From assembly GCA_002428735.1 (NCBI GenBank), contig DIXO01000020.1, positions 2,554 to 66,553 on the forward strand: 64,000 nt of DNA. Direction: 5' to 3'. Origin of the DNA: Syntrophaceae bacterium UBA6078. GTDB taxonomy: Bacteria > Desulfobacterota > Syntrophia > Syntrophales > UBA2210. The position numbers were made by a program, and so were the translations under genes. Shown one piece after another: positions 8,676 to 16,590 of the stretch; within the stretch, counting starts at the first letter, position 1; the number at the start of each line of letters is the position of its first letter. Under the pieces are notes generated by a model that worked only from the letters and a program-made list of their open reading frames with translations, was not told the origin of the DNA and made no database searches.

Positions 8676-10099
8676 GCCTCTACTTCCTCTTGCGCCGTGT
8701 CGAGGTCGTCTGCCCTTTCTTCGCCACCGTTGCCGATAGCGTCCATCTCGTCGAGCGACTCCGATTCGTTGGTTTCGTCGGGCAACTTAGCCGCCGCCTC
8801 GCGCACGTCGAGCTTCCCCGTGACCACGTCGGCGATCAGGCGGGTGCGGTATTCACGAAGGAGAGAGATTTCGCGATGGGCGCGGGTGATGGTGGTGCCG
8901 ATGCCGGCGGTGGCTTGGTCGAGGTACTCGACAATGGCAACCTGCTCCCCAAAAGGGGGAGCGGGAATATAGAACCGATTCAGATCAGAGAAGCGTAGCG
9001 ATGGTTGCATGATTAGTGATATCGAAGCTTTCTCGTATTTGAATAAGCGTCGCATCACCATCTCGTAGTATAAGCTACTCCTTCTGTTGTCACGCGGGAC
9101 GATTACCGCGCAGTTTTGGGACAGACTGAACGCGCCCGAAACCAACCTCGTCGACATGGCCCGCGCACCGACCGTCGTTACTAAGATCGCGTCGTTTTCA
9201 AAATTGAACTCATGCCAACTGATACTTCCCATTAGGCCGTTGTTTTCGGTCTGACCACTAAATACTCGGAAGGGTCCAGGATTGGCCTCGATGTATTCGT
9301 TCGTTAGCTCGGCAGCTCTACTCCCTTTTGCATACCGGAAATCAAATCTGAGCTTCCGCACCTCCCAATGTGCCGGCACATCGCCAAGCCATTCCACGCC
9401 GGAGGGCTTGAGGGGGACGTCGGGATCGAGGCCGCGGGTGACGGCGCGGTGGATGATGGCCTGCTTCTGCTCTTCCAGCAGCTTGATCAGCTTCTGCTTT
9501 GCTCGTATATATCGCCGCACCCGTCGGTCAATATGATCCAGAAACCGGACAATAGCGGTTTGTTCAGGGAGGGGTGGGAGTGGGAACGGTGCACAAAGAA
9601 ACGAATCGTCGGTCAGTTGCAGTCGCGAAGTCCAGACACCTTTTGATCGCACACGGAGTTCCCAGTGAAAGGGAATCGATCTAACGAGTTCATGTATAAA
9701 CCTAGAATTGATGCTTTTCTTCGGTCTATATACACCATATGCGGTACTGATGATGCCATAATAATTCGAGACACCCAAACCTCGTGCCCACGCCCACAGG
9801 CTATTGATTACGAGATCCCCAGGCCAACACAGTTTGTAGCCGACGTAAGACTCAGCTTTGAACATCGTTACGCTGGCAGATCGGCGTGGCACGATACCAC
9901 GTTCTGATGAGACAGTCAGTAATTCTTCCCCTCCCGTTTCCGACCGAATATCTATGCAGCGAAAAAGGTTTTTCCCCCGCCGCACCTCCCAATGCTCCGG
10001 CACCTCCCCCAGCCACTCAACGCCGGAGTCCTTCATCGCAGGATAAGGTTTAAGGTTCGTGATCATGGCCTCTGGCTCCAGGTCGGCAGTTCCTGCCAC
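8672..10099 (-). CDS. hsdS: type I restriction enzyme, specificity subunit (two TRDs)
   Basis: Duplicated conserved segments SGVEWLG(E/D)VP(E/A)HWEV and coiled central/C-terminal conserved repeats (LPEQTAIVRFLD / FGEQVAIVEYLD). The track start is GTG 10099. An alternative ATG at 10066 gives an ATGA overlap with the Abi stop. Confidence 0.85.
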   Translation of the reverse strand: MAGTADLEPEAMITNLKPYPAMKDSGVEWLGEVPEHWEVRRGKNLFRCIDIRSETGGEELLTVSSERGIVPRRSASVTMFKAESYVGYKLCWPGDLVINSLWAWARGLGVSNYYGIISTAYGVYRPKKSINSRFIHELVRSIPFHWELRVRSKGVWTSRLQLTDDSFLCAPFPLPPLPEQTAIVRFLDHIDRRVRRYIRAKQKLIKLLEEQKQAIIHRAVTRGLDPDVPLKPSGVEWLGDVPAHWEVRKLRFDFRYAKGSRAAELTNEYIEANPGPFRVFSGQTENNGLMGSISWHEFNFENDAILVTTVGARAMSTRLVSGAFSLSQNCAVIVPRDNRRSSLYYEMVMRRLFKYEKASISLIMQPSLRFSDLNRFYIPAPPFGEQVAIVEYLDQATAGIGTTITRAHREISLLREYRTRLIADVVTGKLDVREAAAKLPDETNESESLDEMDAIGNGGEERADDLDTAQEEVEA

Positions 10100-10968
10100 C
10101 TCTGTGGGAAGCCCATCATCGAGGTATCCACAAACGGATTCTCATCCATCAGATTCTTCATTCTCGCGTTCCAGGTCGTCCCGGGACTCATCAGCCGCAA
10201 CAGATAGCTCAGCATGACGAGCGTGTTGTAAATATTCCTATCCGTTTTCATATTGAAATCAGAGGTGATCGCCTGTGGGCGGAGGGGGATGGTCATGGTG
10301 ATCGTCAGGCGCCTATTCCAGAGGCGTCCGTGATGTGCCACGATATTCCGGACGTGCGTCAGGTGGTGCATGAAAGAACTCAGCACGGCCTCATCAATCT
10401 GGAATATGGAAGCGATTTCTTGGCGATCTGGTCTTTTCTTGAGATTTCTGAACCACATTGACAATTGGCCGAGGGACATGATTTCGCATGTCGCCCAGAT
10501 GGGGGGAAGATGGGGTTCACGATACCTTTCCTTGTAATGTTCGATGAACGTTTCCCGACTGCGTGTGAATTCCTCCCGGAGACTCGCCAGGCACTGGGCA
10601 TGGATACCTGCTGATTTGAACAGACCTGCTTCGAGATAAGCATGGCTGCCGTATCTGTTCCCCAAAACATAGGCAAATCGGGTACGGAAAGAGATCTCGG
10701 CGCGCTCTATCGCCTCCAGCACGAGCAGGCGAAACTTTCGGTCGAAGATATACAGCGACAAAGGCTGTTCGAAACGGGTCCCCTTTTTGAAGCCATGGAC
10801 GATTGCATTACCCGGCTCCTCATAAATCAGCCAGTATGCTCTCAGACGATAGTAATTGATATGAGTAAGGTATCGGGCGGTTCGTTGTCGGTCTGCGACA
10901 TCCATACCGCGAGAAATGAGAAGATCAATCTGCTTGTCGATGGAGAGAGGGGGCTTATCGTATCTCAT
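10063..10968 (-). CDS. Abi_2 (AbiD/AbiF-like) abortive-infection family protein
   Basis: 301 aa. MRYDKPPLSIDKQIDLLISRGM...YLTHINYYRLRAYW and ...HVRNIVAHHGRLWNR are the hallmark N- and C-terminal motifs of the Abi_2 family. Confidence 0.8.
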   Translation of the reverse strand: MRYDKPPLSIDKQIDLLISRGMDVADRQRTARYLTHINYYRLRAYWLIYEEPGNAIVHGFKKGTRFEQPLSLYIFDRKFRLLVLEAIERAEISFRTRFAYVLGNRYGSHAYLEAGLFKSAGIHAQCLASLREEFTRSRETFIEHYKERYREPHLPPIWATCEIMSLGQLSMWFRNLKKRPDRQEIASIFQIDEAVLSSFMHHLTHVRNIVAHHGRLWNRRLTITMTIPLRPQAITSDFNMKTDRNIYNTLVMLSYLLRLMSPGTTWNARMKNLMDENPFVDTSMMGFPQRWQELPTWSQRP

Positions 10969-11228
10969 AATAATGCCCCAAAAAAAGTAACCCGCCGGGT
11001 GCGCATATCCGGTCGAAACCGGCAGAGGCGAGGCGGGTGTTGTTCAATGAGAGTAAAAGTTGCCCCTCTACTAGCAAACTGCGATGGTAAAGTCAAACTT
11101 TTTATTCCCTTCGAAAGTTGGTGTTTCATCCACAACAATTGTTGCGGCAGTGTCTTGACAATCCGGATTTCTGAAAGCATCAGGATAAAACGAATCATGA
11201 GGAAAGTTTTTGCCCGTTTCCTGTTCAT
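10965..11228 (-). CDS. candidate small basic protein (orf87) bridging hsdM and abi
   Basis: An 88-codon open frame exactly fills the 256-bp gap. Its start forms ATGA with the hsdM stop (11225-11228) and its stop forms ATGA with the abi start (10965-10968). No recognisable family, and lower G+C than its neighbours. Confidence 0.3.
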   Translation of the reverse strand: MNRKRAKTFLMIRFILMLSEIRIVKTLPQQLLWMKHQLSKGIKSLTLPSQFASRGATFTLIEQHPPRLCRFRPDMRTRRVTFFGALL

Positions 11229-13207
11229 CCCCTCTCCCCACCGATTATTTCATCCAGCAGCCCTTCCGTCTCCTTCTCCAGCGCCAATATATCGGCCCGG
11301 ATCTCCTCCAGCGTGCGCATCGGCTGAGGTTTGTAAAAGTAACGGGTAAAACTGATCTCGTAACCGATCTTGACGCTCTCCGGAACGTACCACGCGTCGG
11401 AAGCGTAGGGAAGCACCTCGCGCTCCAGAAAGGCCTCGATGCCGCCTTCCTCCATCAAGGGTATCTGCTCGGTATCGCGCAGGTCGGTATCGGGTTCGTA
11501 CTCGACCACGGCGGGCTTGCCGTCGATGGTCGTCGGGAAAAGACCGCGCACCGGGTCGGGCATCGTTCCCTTTTTATGGATTTTATTGAGAATCGGGGGG
11601 GCATCTTCGGAACGCCCGGCGGTTTCTCTGAGCTGCTTGATCTCCGCGGGTTTGTATGCACGGTTCGGATCGGCGCCAACCAGCCGCAGCGGCCGCTCGA
11701 TGGTTACTTTCCAGTAGCCGAAGGCGGCGTTGTCAAAGATCTTGGACTGCTCGGTCTCCTCGAAGGCGAGGAAGGTGTCACAGATACGGGTGATGTCGGC
11801 TTCGCCCAGCTCGCAGTTCTTTTTGCCGAGGTTCTTGCGCAGGGGCCGGTACCACCCGGTGGCGTCGATCAGTTGGACCTTGCCGCGGCGGTGTGAAGGC
11901 TTGCGGTTTGAGAGCACCCATATATACGTGGCGATTCCGGTGTTGTAGAACATGTTCAGCGGCAGGGCGACGATGGCTTCCAGCCAGTCGTTCTCGATGA
12001 TCCAGCGGCGGATATTGCTCTCTCCCTGACCGGCATCGCCGGTAAAGAGCGAACTGCCATTGTGCACCTCGGCAGTACGGCTGCCAAGGGTAGTGCCCTG
12101 CTTCATTTTCGAAAGCATATTTGCCAGAAACAGCATCTGGCCGTCGCTGGAACGGGTGACGAGTGAGTACTCAGGGTCGCCTGCGTGCTCGATCATGAAG
12201 CGTGGGTCCCTCATGTCCTTCTTGCCGCCCATACGCTCCAGGTCGCCCTTCCAACTTTTACCGTATGGTGGATTAGAGAGCATGAAGTCGAACTCGCGCG
12301 CGGGGAAGGCATCATTGGAAAGCGTTGAATGGTCAGGACCACCGATGATATTATCCGCTGCGTCGCCTTCTCCTTTGAGCAGAAGGTCAGCCTTGCAGAT
12401 GGCGTAGGTCTCGGCGTTGATCTCCTGGCCATAGAGATGCGTTGCCACTTCTTTGCCGCGTTCACCGGCGAGTTGCTTAAATATCTCCTCGGCCACTGTC
12501 AGCATGCCACCGGTGCCGCAGGCACCATCATACAACAAGTAAGTTCCCGATTCGATCTCGCCGGCAACGGGGAGAAAGACCAGCTTTGCCATCAGTTTGA
12601 CAGCGTCGCGCGGCGTCCAGTGTTCTCCTGCCTCTTCGTTGTTCTCCTCATTGAAGCGGCGCACCAGTTCCTCGAAGATCGTGCCCATACCATGGTTGTC
12701 GAGGCCTGGTTGCCTGACAGTGCCATCACTGTTCAGCACCGGGTCGGGACTCAAGTTAATGTCAGGGGAGGTTAGCTTGTCGATCAGCGTACCCAACGCA
12801 TCGGCCTTGGAAAGTCGTGGAATCTGATTACGAAATTCAAAGTTTTCGAGTATGTCCTGAACGTTTGGCGAGAAGCCGTCGAGATAGGCTTCGAAATCGG
12901 CTCGAAGCTGTTTCTGGCTGGCGCGGGCCTTTAGGTCGCGCATGGTAAACTTCGACGTGTTATAGAAGGCCTGGCCTGCCGCCTGGCGAAGCGCCTGATC
13001 CTGATGAACGATCCCCGCATTGTCCAGCGATGTCTTCATGTCGAGTACGGCCTGCTTCGTCGGCTCCAGCACCGCATCGAAACGACGCAGAACGGTCATT
13101 GGCAGAATGACATCGCGATACTTGCCACGGACGTAAAGGTCACGCAGAACATCATCCGCAATGCCCCAGATGTAGCCTGCGATCCAGTTGAGTTTATTGT
13201 TTTCCAT
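11225..13207 (-). CDS. hsdM: type I restriction enzyme, N6-adenine DNA methyltransferase subunit
   Basis: Motif I DGACGTGGML and motif IV NPPYG (FMLSNPPYGKSW). Start set at ATG 13207 (MENNKLNW...), preceded by RBS GGAGGA. The track ORF extends to 13276. Confidence 0.9.
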   Translation of the reverse strand: MENNKLNWIAGYIWGIADDVLRDLYVRGKYRDVILPMTVLRRFDAVLEPTKQAVLDMKTSLDNAGIVHQDQALRQAAGQAFYNTSKFTMRDLKARASQKQLRADFEAYLDGFSPNVQDILENFEFRNQIPRLSKADALGTLIDKLTSPDINLSPDPVLNSDGTVRQPGLDNHGMGTIFEELVRRFNEENNEEAGEHWTPRDAVKLMAKLVFLPVAGEIESGTYLLYDGACGTGGMLTVAEEIFKQLAGERGKEVATHLYGQEINAETYAICKADLLLKGEGDAADNIIGGPDHSTLSNDAFPAREFDFMLSNPPYGKSWKGDLERMGGKKDMRDPRFMIEHAGDPEYSLVTRSSDGQMLFLANMLSKMKQGTTLGSRTAEVHNGSSLFTGDAGQGESNIRRWIIENDWLEAIVALPLNMFYNTGIATYIWVLSNRKPSHRRGKVQLIDATGWYRPLRKNLGKKNCELGEADITRICDTFLAFEETEQSKIFDNAAFGYWKVTIERPLRLVGADPNRAYKPAEIKQLRETAGRSEDAPPILNKIHKKGTMPDPVRGLFPTTIDGKPAVVEYEPDTDLRDTEQIPLMEEGGIEAFLEREVLPYASDAWYVPESVKIGYEISFTRYFYKPQPMRTLEEIRADILALEKETEGLLDEIIGGERG

Positions 13208-13230
13208 GAAATCCTCCAGTCCCCACACCA

Positions 13231-13265
13231 CAAAAAACCCCGCGCGCTTCTGGAGACACGGGGTT
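13231..13265 (-). terminator. terminator-like hairpin in the hsdM leader
   Basis: On the minus strand, AACCCCG-16 nt-CGGGGTT is followed by TTTTTT and ends about 25 nt upstream of the hsdM ATG. Confidence 0.45.
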
Positions 13266-13743
13266 TCATAGATCATTCCATAGTACCCTCACACATGGTT
13301 ATAGACTCGCACTTTTGAATAAACGACCGCAACACGGAGCTATGATTACCACTATTTACAGAAGAATGCCACCAGGAATGGAAAAAGGGCTGATAAATTT
13401 TCAGAGAGCAATCGGCCTCAAAATGAATGGAGAATATGCTGACGAGCGTTTGTACATTTCAAACAGCATCCAGTCATCTGGATTGATCGACTTACGTGAT
13501 TACTTGTACTTGAAAGTCTCTCCATAATAGTTTTTGACAGGTCATCGTCATGGGGTTAGTGAACAATGAAATAGATGACTTTAATGGGGAGCTATCATTG
13601 TGCCCTGTCCAAAGAAGCCAGACCGCCGGTCTCTTTGAACCCTTAACAGCCCCACTGGACCCCTTAAAAAACCTGTTAGTTACACAGGCAAAAATTAGTA
13701 AGCCTCAGCGGGAAAACGGGGCGACGATGCCCGTACTTGAAAG

Positions 13744-14109
13744 CTACCCCGGTGCAGGACCCGAAGGCGAAGCGACCGCACGATTGATAAGGATACATGT
13801 ATTGGGGTGAGACATTATCCAGTATTTATGCCTACCTAGATATAGGTAGTTGAAATATCTTTTACCACTCCACTTCTCCCGTACTGCATACTTCCTTATC
13901 ATCTCAGCCAGCCACCGGAATTCTCCTTCAAGCTCCGGTTTCCATGTAACTACCGTGTAAGTATGGGGCTGCTCCGGCATCGTCTTTGCGAACCGCCACT
14001 CTACTGCCAGGATGTAAAGTTCAGCGCGTCGTTCTTCTTCCTCAGTTGCCATCAGACCTTTGCCGCGTTTGAGATGAGAATCTCCTACCTTTGGTATATT
14101 TGATGTCAC
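13744..14109 (-). CDS. conserved-looking hypothetical protein (MPEQPHTYTV ... YWIM motifs)
   Basis: 121-aa ORF. The more likely start is MATEEE at 14052. The pattern resembles a phage/island-associated family I cannot name. Confidence 0.5.
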   Translation of the reverse strand: MTSNIPKVGDSHLKRGKGLMATEEEERRAELYILAVEWRFAKTMPEQPHTYTVVTWKPELEGEFRWLAEMIRKYAVREKWSGKRYFNYLYLGRHKYWIMSHPNTCILINRAVASPSGPAPG

Positions 14110-14123
14110 GGTATGTATCCCCT

Positions 14124-14360
14124 CTACGATTGTGTTTCCGGGTTCGCGTTTAAGATAGTTTCCCTACTGTACCTTACCTTATGTCCGCACTCCGGGCATA
14201 TCAAGGCAATGAGCTCTGAACGGTGTTGAAAGGCATCTAAGGCCCCTTCATGCCCTTCAAATGTGCCACCCACGCCCCAACCACCCAGAGGGGTATGGCC
14301 ACGCTCAACGGAACCGACCCATTCATGGGCTAGTTTACATGTGCCCTTCCCATAAGGCAT
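14124..14360 (-). CDS. small hypothetical protein with a putative 4-Cys zinc ribbon
   Basis: 78-aa ORF containing CPECGH. The frame stays open upstream of the ATG and adds another Cys (TCSLQG-MPYGKGTCK), so the start is uncertain. Confidence 0.4.
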   Translation of the reverse strand: MPYGKGTCKLAHEWVGSVERGHTPLGGWGVGGTFEGHEGALDAFQHRSELIALICPECGHKVRYSRETILNANPETQS

Positions 14361-14506
14361 GCCCTGTAGCGAGCATGTAACCGTTTCCTTGGGCTGCTTC
14401 CTGAATCCAGCTAATTTTAAAAGGGCCGCTTTCCCATTTCTTAATAGTCTCGTTTTGGGATTTTAAATCCCTCGCCTTCAGGCGACAACTTATAGTATGA
14501 AAGGGT

Positions 14507-14704
14507 ATGGAGCATTATAGAAGGACGTCGCATACCCGGTTTGATATCAAGTATCATTTGGTGTGGATCACAAAGTATCGGAAGCATTTGTTGCGAGGAG
14601 ATGTTGCAACACGCTTGCGGCAAATCGTGAGGGATACTTGTGCCGAGATAGAATCCCAAGACGTTGCCAAAGAGGATCAAGATTTCAAAGTAGAAGACCC
14701 ATAG
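14507..14704 (+). pseudogene. tnpA: truncated IS200/IS605-family tnpA (Y1 transposase) remnant
   Basis: HTRFDIKYHLVWITKYRKHLLRGDVATRLRQIVRDTCAEIE matches the N-terminal half of Y1 transposases. The ORF stops after 65 aa, before the HUH region. It is flanked by small hairpins (GGGATTT-T-AAATCCC, TCGCC-TTCA-GGCGA; CCACCGGCT-TCC-AGCCGGTGG). Confidence 0.65.
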
Positions 14705-15262
14705 TCGGGCTTTCAGCCGACTTTAGAACCCACCGGCTTCCAGCCGGTGGTCTTCAGTTACAGAATACCAAACCAAAGGTTTAATGTCGAGAACAAAACT
14801 CACTTATTCTCATTTATTCTCGGGTACTTAGGCTTAATTAACCGCTTATCTCCAGAGGGATTTGGCAACGCGTTGCGTGTTTTTTGCCCTCTTGGTTACA
14901 GCCAGCCAGCGACAAGCCCATCTTCAAGGGAAGCATCAATCGTAAGTTTTTAATGTATACCTGCCTGTGCGCTTCAATTTTTATTTGAGTCGGGTTCTTT
15001 TTTAAGACATCACCTGTAGCCGGTGTAATACGATTTTTAAATATATATTATGATATTGCGGTGTATGATCATGGTCCTATAAAATAGATATTTGATCAGT
15101 CCAAGCGATTCGCAAACCCTAAGACCTTTGTACATACTCTCATGGGGACCCCTTATGACATGGTAATACATGTATACACGGACGTTGACGACGTACACCC
15201 TCCAAAAATATAAAAACATACTGAAAAGTAGACTACAGAAGGTATCCCGGTAATGATGACGT

Positions 15263-15351
15263 TTCATAGGGTGCCCCCCGCTGACGACCGTGTGTTTTCA
15301 TGAGGTGCCCCCCGCTGACAACCGTGTGGGTGTCCTCCGTTGACGACCGCG
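15263..15351. repeat. iteron-like tandem direct repeats (34-bp period, 2 full copies plus 1 degenerate)
   Basis: TTCATAGGGTGCCCCCCGCTGACGACCGTGTG (15263-15294), TTCATGAGGTGCCCCCCGCTGACAACCGTGTG (15297-15328) and GGTGTCCTCCGTTGACGACCGCG (15329-15351). A further GTTGACGACG lies at about 15184-15193, across an AT-rich stretch. Confidence 0.7.
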
Positions 15352-15833
15352 AAGTGTATTCGCTCCCCTCCTATTTGTTGCTCCGATTTCCGACCTTGGT
15401 ATCCCCGTCTGACATCTCTCTGCCGAGTACTAATTGGCTGACACCCCCGCCGCCACATTCGGTAATCTTCAACCAGGGCATACAGCGCCTTGTCTTTCTC
15501 AAACAGTCCACCTGGATTGACGATTTTGATAAAACCTTTTGCCAATAGCTCGTCAATGCTCCGGGTTGTCCGTTTTTGACTTATCCCGCGCGCTTCCAAT
15601 TCTTTATATGTAAGAGAAATCTTGTTGCCATCCGTACGCTCAAGCACCTTTTTCCCATTCTTTTTCCGGTAGCCGAAGGTTCGTTTGCCGAGTAATAAAA
15701 TTAAAACCTGTGTGGAACAATTACTCACAACGGGCGATGAACCTCTGGAACCAAGGGACAAAAAGGCTGGAGAGAGGAACAACTTGCTCTCAAGAAAAGT
15801 GCCTTCCCCATATCTGTTTCCGCGCTGTCTCAT
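15264..15833 (-). CDS. putative replication/winged-helix DNA-binding protein of the integrative element
   Basis: 189-aa ORF. Its middle part (ISLTYKELEARGISQKRTTRSIDELLAKGFIKIV) looks like a wHTH of small Rep-like proteins. The last ~30 codons read through the iterons, so the C-terminus is uncertain. Confidence 0.55.
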   Translation of the reverse strand: MRQRGNRYGEGTFLESKLFLSPAFLSLGSRGSSPVVSNCSTQVLILLLGKRTFGYRKKNGKKVLERTDGNKISLTYKELEARGISQKRTTRSIDELLAKGFIKIVNPGGLFEKDKALYALVEDYRMWRRGCQPISTRQRDVRRGYQGRKSEQQIGGERIHFAVVNGGHPHGCQRGAPHENTRSSAGGTL

Positions 15834-16168
15834 GTTCTCCTACTTCCCCCTTCAGTAGAGCTTTTGTTTCCCGAGATTAGCCCTATATGCCATTTTCTGA
15901 CGGCTGAGCCGGTTTTCCGGTAAGGGAACAAAGGGCAGCCACCGGAAGGACACAATGCAACCTCGCCTCGTTGACCATTACAACACCAGAGGCAATAGCC
16001 TCGAATCGCCCTGTCTCGCTTTCGTCGATCCTGGCTGCCGGTGCCCATACGGAAAGGCCAGAGAGGGCAGTCTGTAAATGCACAATTCCGAATCATCCCT
16101 TTCTTGCCCCCGGAACAGTCTAGACACCGTGCACGGATGGCATTACGCCTGTTGGTTATGTTGATCAT
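15830..16168 (-). CDS. Cys-rich small protein (putative zinc-binding), mobile-element associated
   Basis: 112 aa with two CxxC-type clusters (RARCLDCSGG...IRNCAFTDCPLWPFRMG; GYCLWCCNGQ...CPSGGCPLFPYR). It overlaps the downstream gene's start by 4 nt. Confidence 0.6.
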   Translation of the reverse strand: MINITNRRNAIRARCLDCSGGKKGMIRNCAFTDCPLWPFRMGTGSQDRRKRDRAIRGYCLWCCNGQRGEVALCPSGGCPLFPYRKTGSAVRKWHIGLISGNKSSTEGGSRRT

Positions 16169-16205
16169 GACTTATCCCCCATTGCTTTCGTGCTTGCTGT
16201 GCTGT

Positions 16206-16469
16206 TTATCGTGCATCGTCGAAAGCGACACGGCGTGCTTCCATGAAGGCGAGGACATCTTCCAGCTTATAGCGGATGGACCTGCCCCCTACGCGAAGAT
16301 ATGGTAATCCGCGCCTCAGGAATCTATCGTTGCGAAGTGTGCTAAGTGCCCGACCCGTGATCGCCGCTGTTTCAACTTCGTTCAGGTAAGGTTTTTTGAG
16401 GAGCTCAGCGATATTATCAATCTTGAAGGACTCGCCCGTGCTCGTAGTTTCCATGATGTTCACCTCCAT
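16206..16469 (-). CDS. AlpA/excisionase-family HTH DNA-binding protein
   Basis: LNEVETAAITGRALSTLRNDRFLRRGLPYLRVGGRSIRYKLEDVLAFME is typical of HTH_17/AlpA/Xis proteins. It sits in the integrase operon. Confidence 0.75.
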   Translation of the reverse strand: MEVNIMETTSTGESFKIDNIAELLKKPYLNEVETAAITGRALSTLRNDRFLRRGLPYLRVGGRSIRYKLEDVLAFMEARRVAFDDAR

Positions 16470-16590
16470 TGAATTTTGACGGGAGAGTAAAATAAGAAAA
16501 CTCCCGAGCCATTGTGTGAACCGAGAGTAATTGAAGGTTATAATGATTGGAATGACACGATAAAAAAAATTCTATCGTATTGGGGAAAAG

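Noticed and set aside
13315-13810. Plus-strand small ORFs 13315-13527 (a possible 61-aa version from ATG 13342 with GGAG upstream) and 13550-13810.
   Set aside because: There is no recognisable family. The second overlaps the 3' end of the convergent 13744-14109 gene. They were left uncalled and deserve only a conservation check.
15263-15351. Tandem repeats considered as a mini-CRISPR array.
   Set aside because: There are only 2.5 directly abutting copies with no unique spacers and no cas genes. The pattern and context fit iterons.
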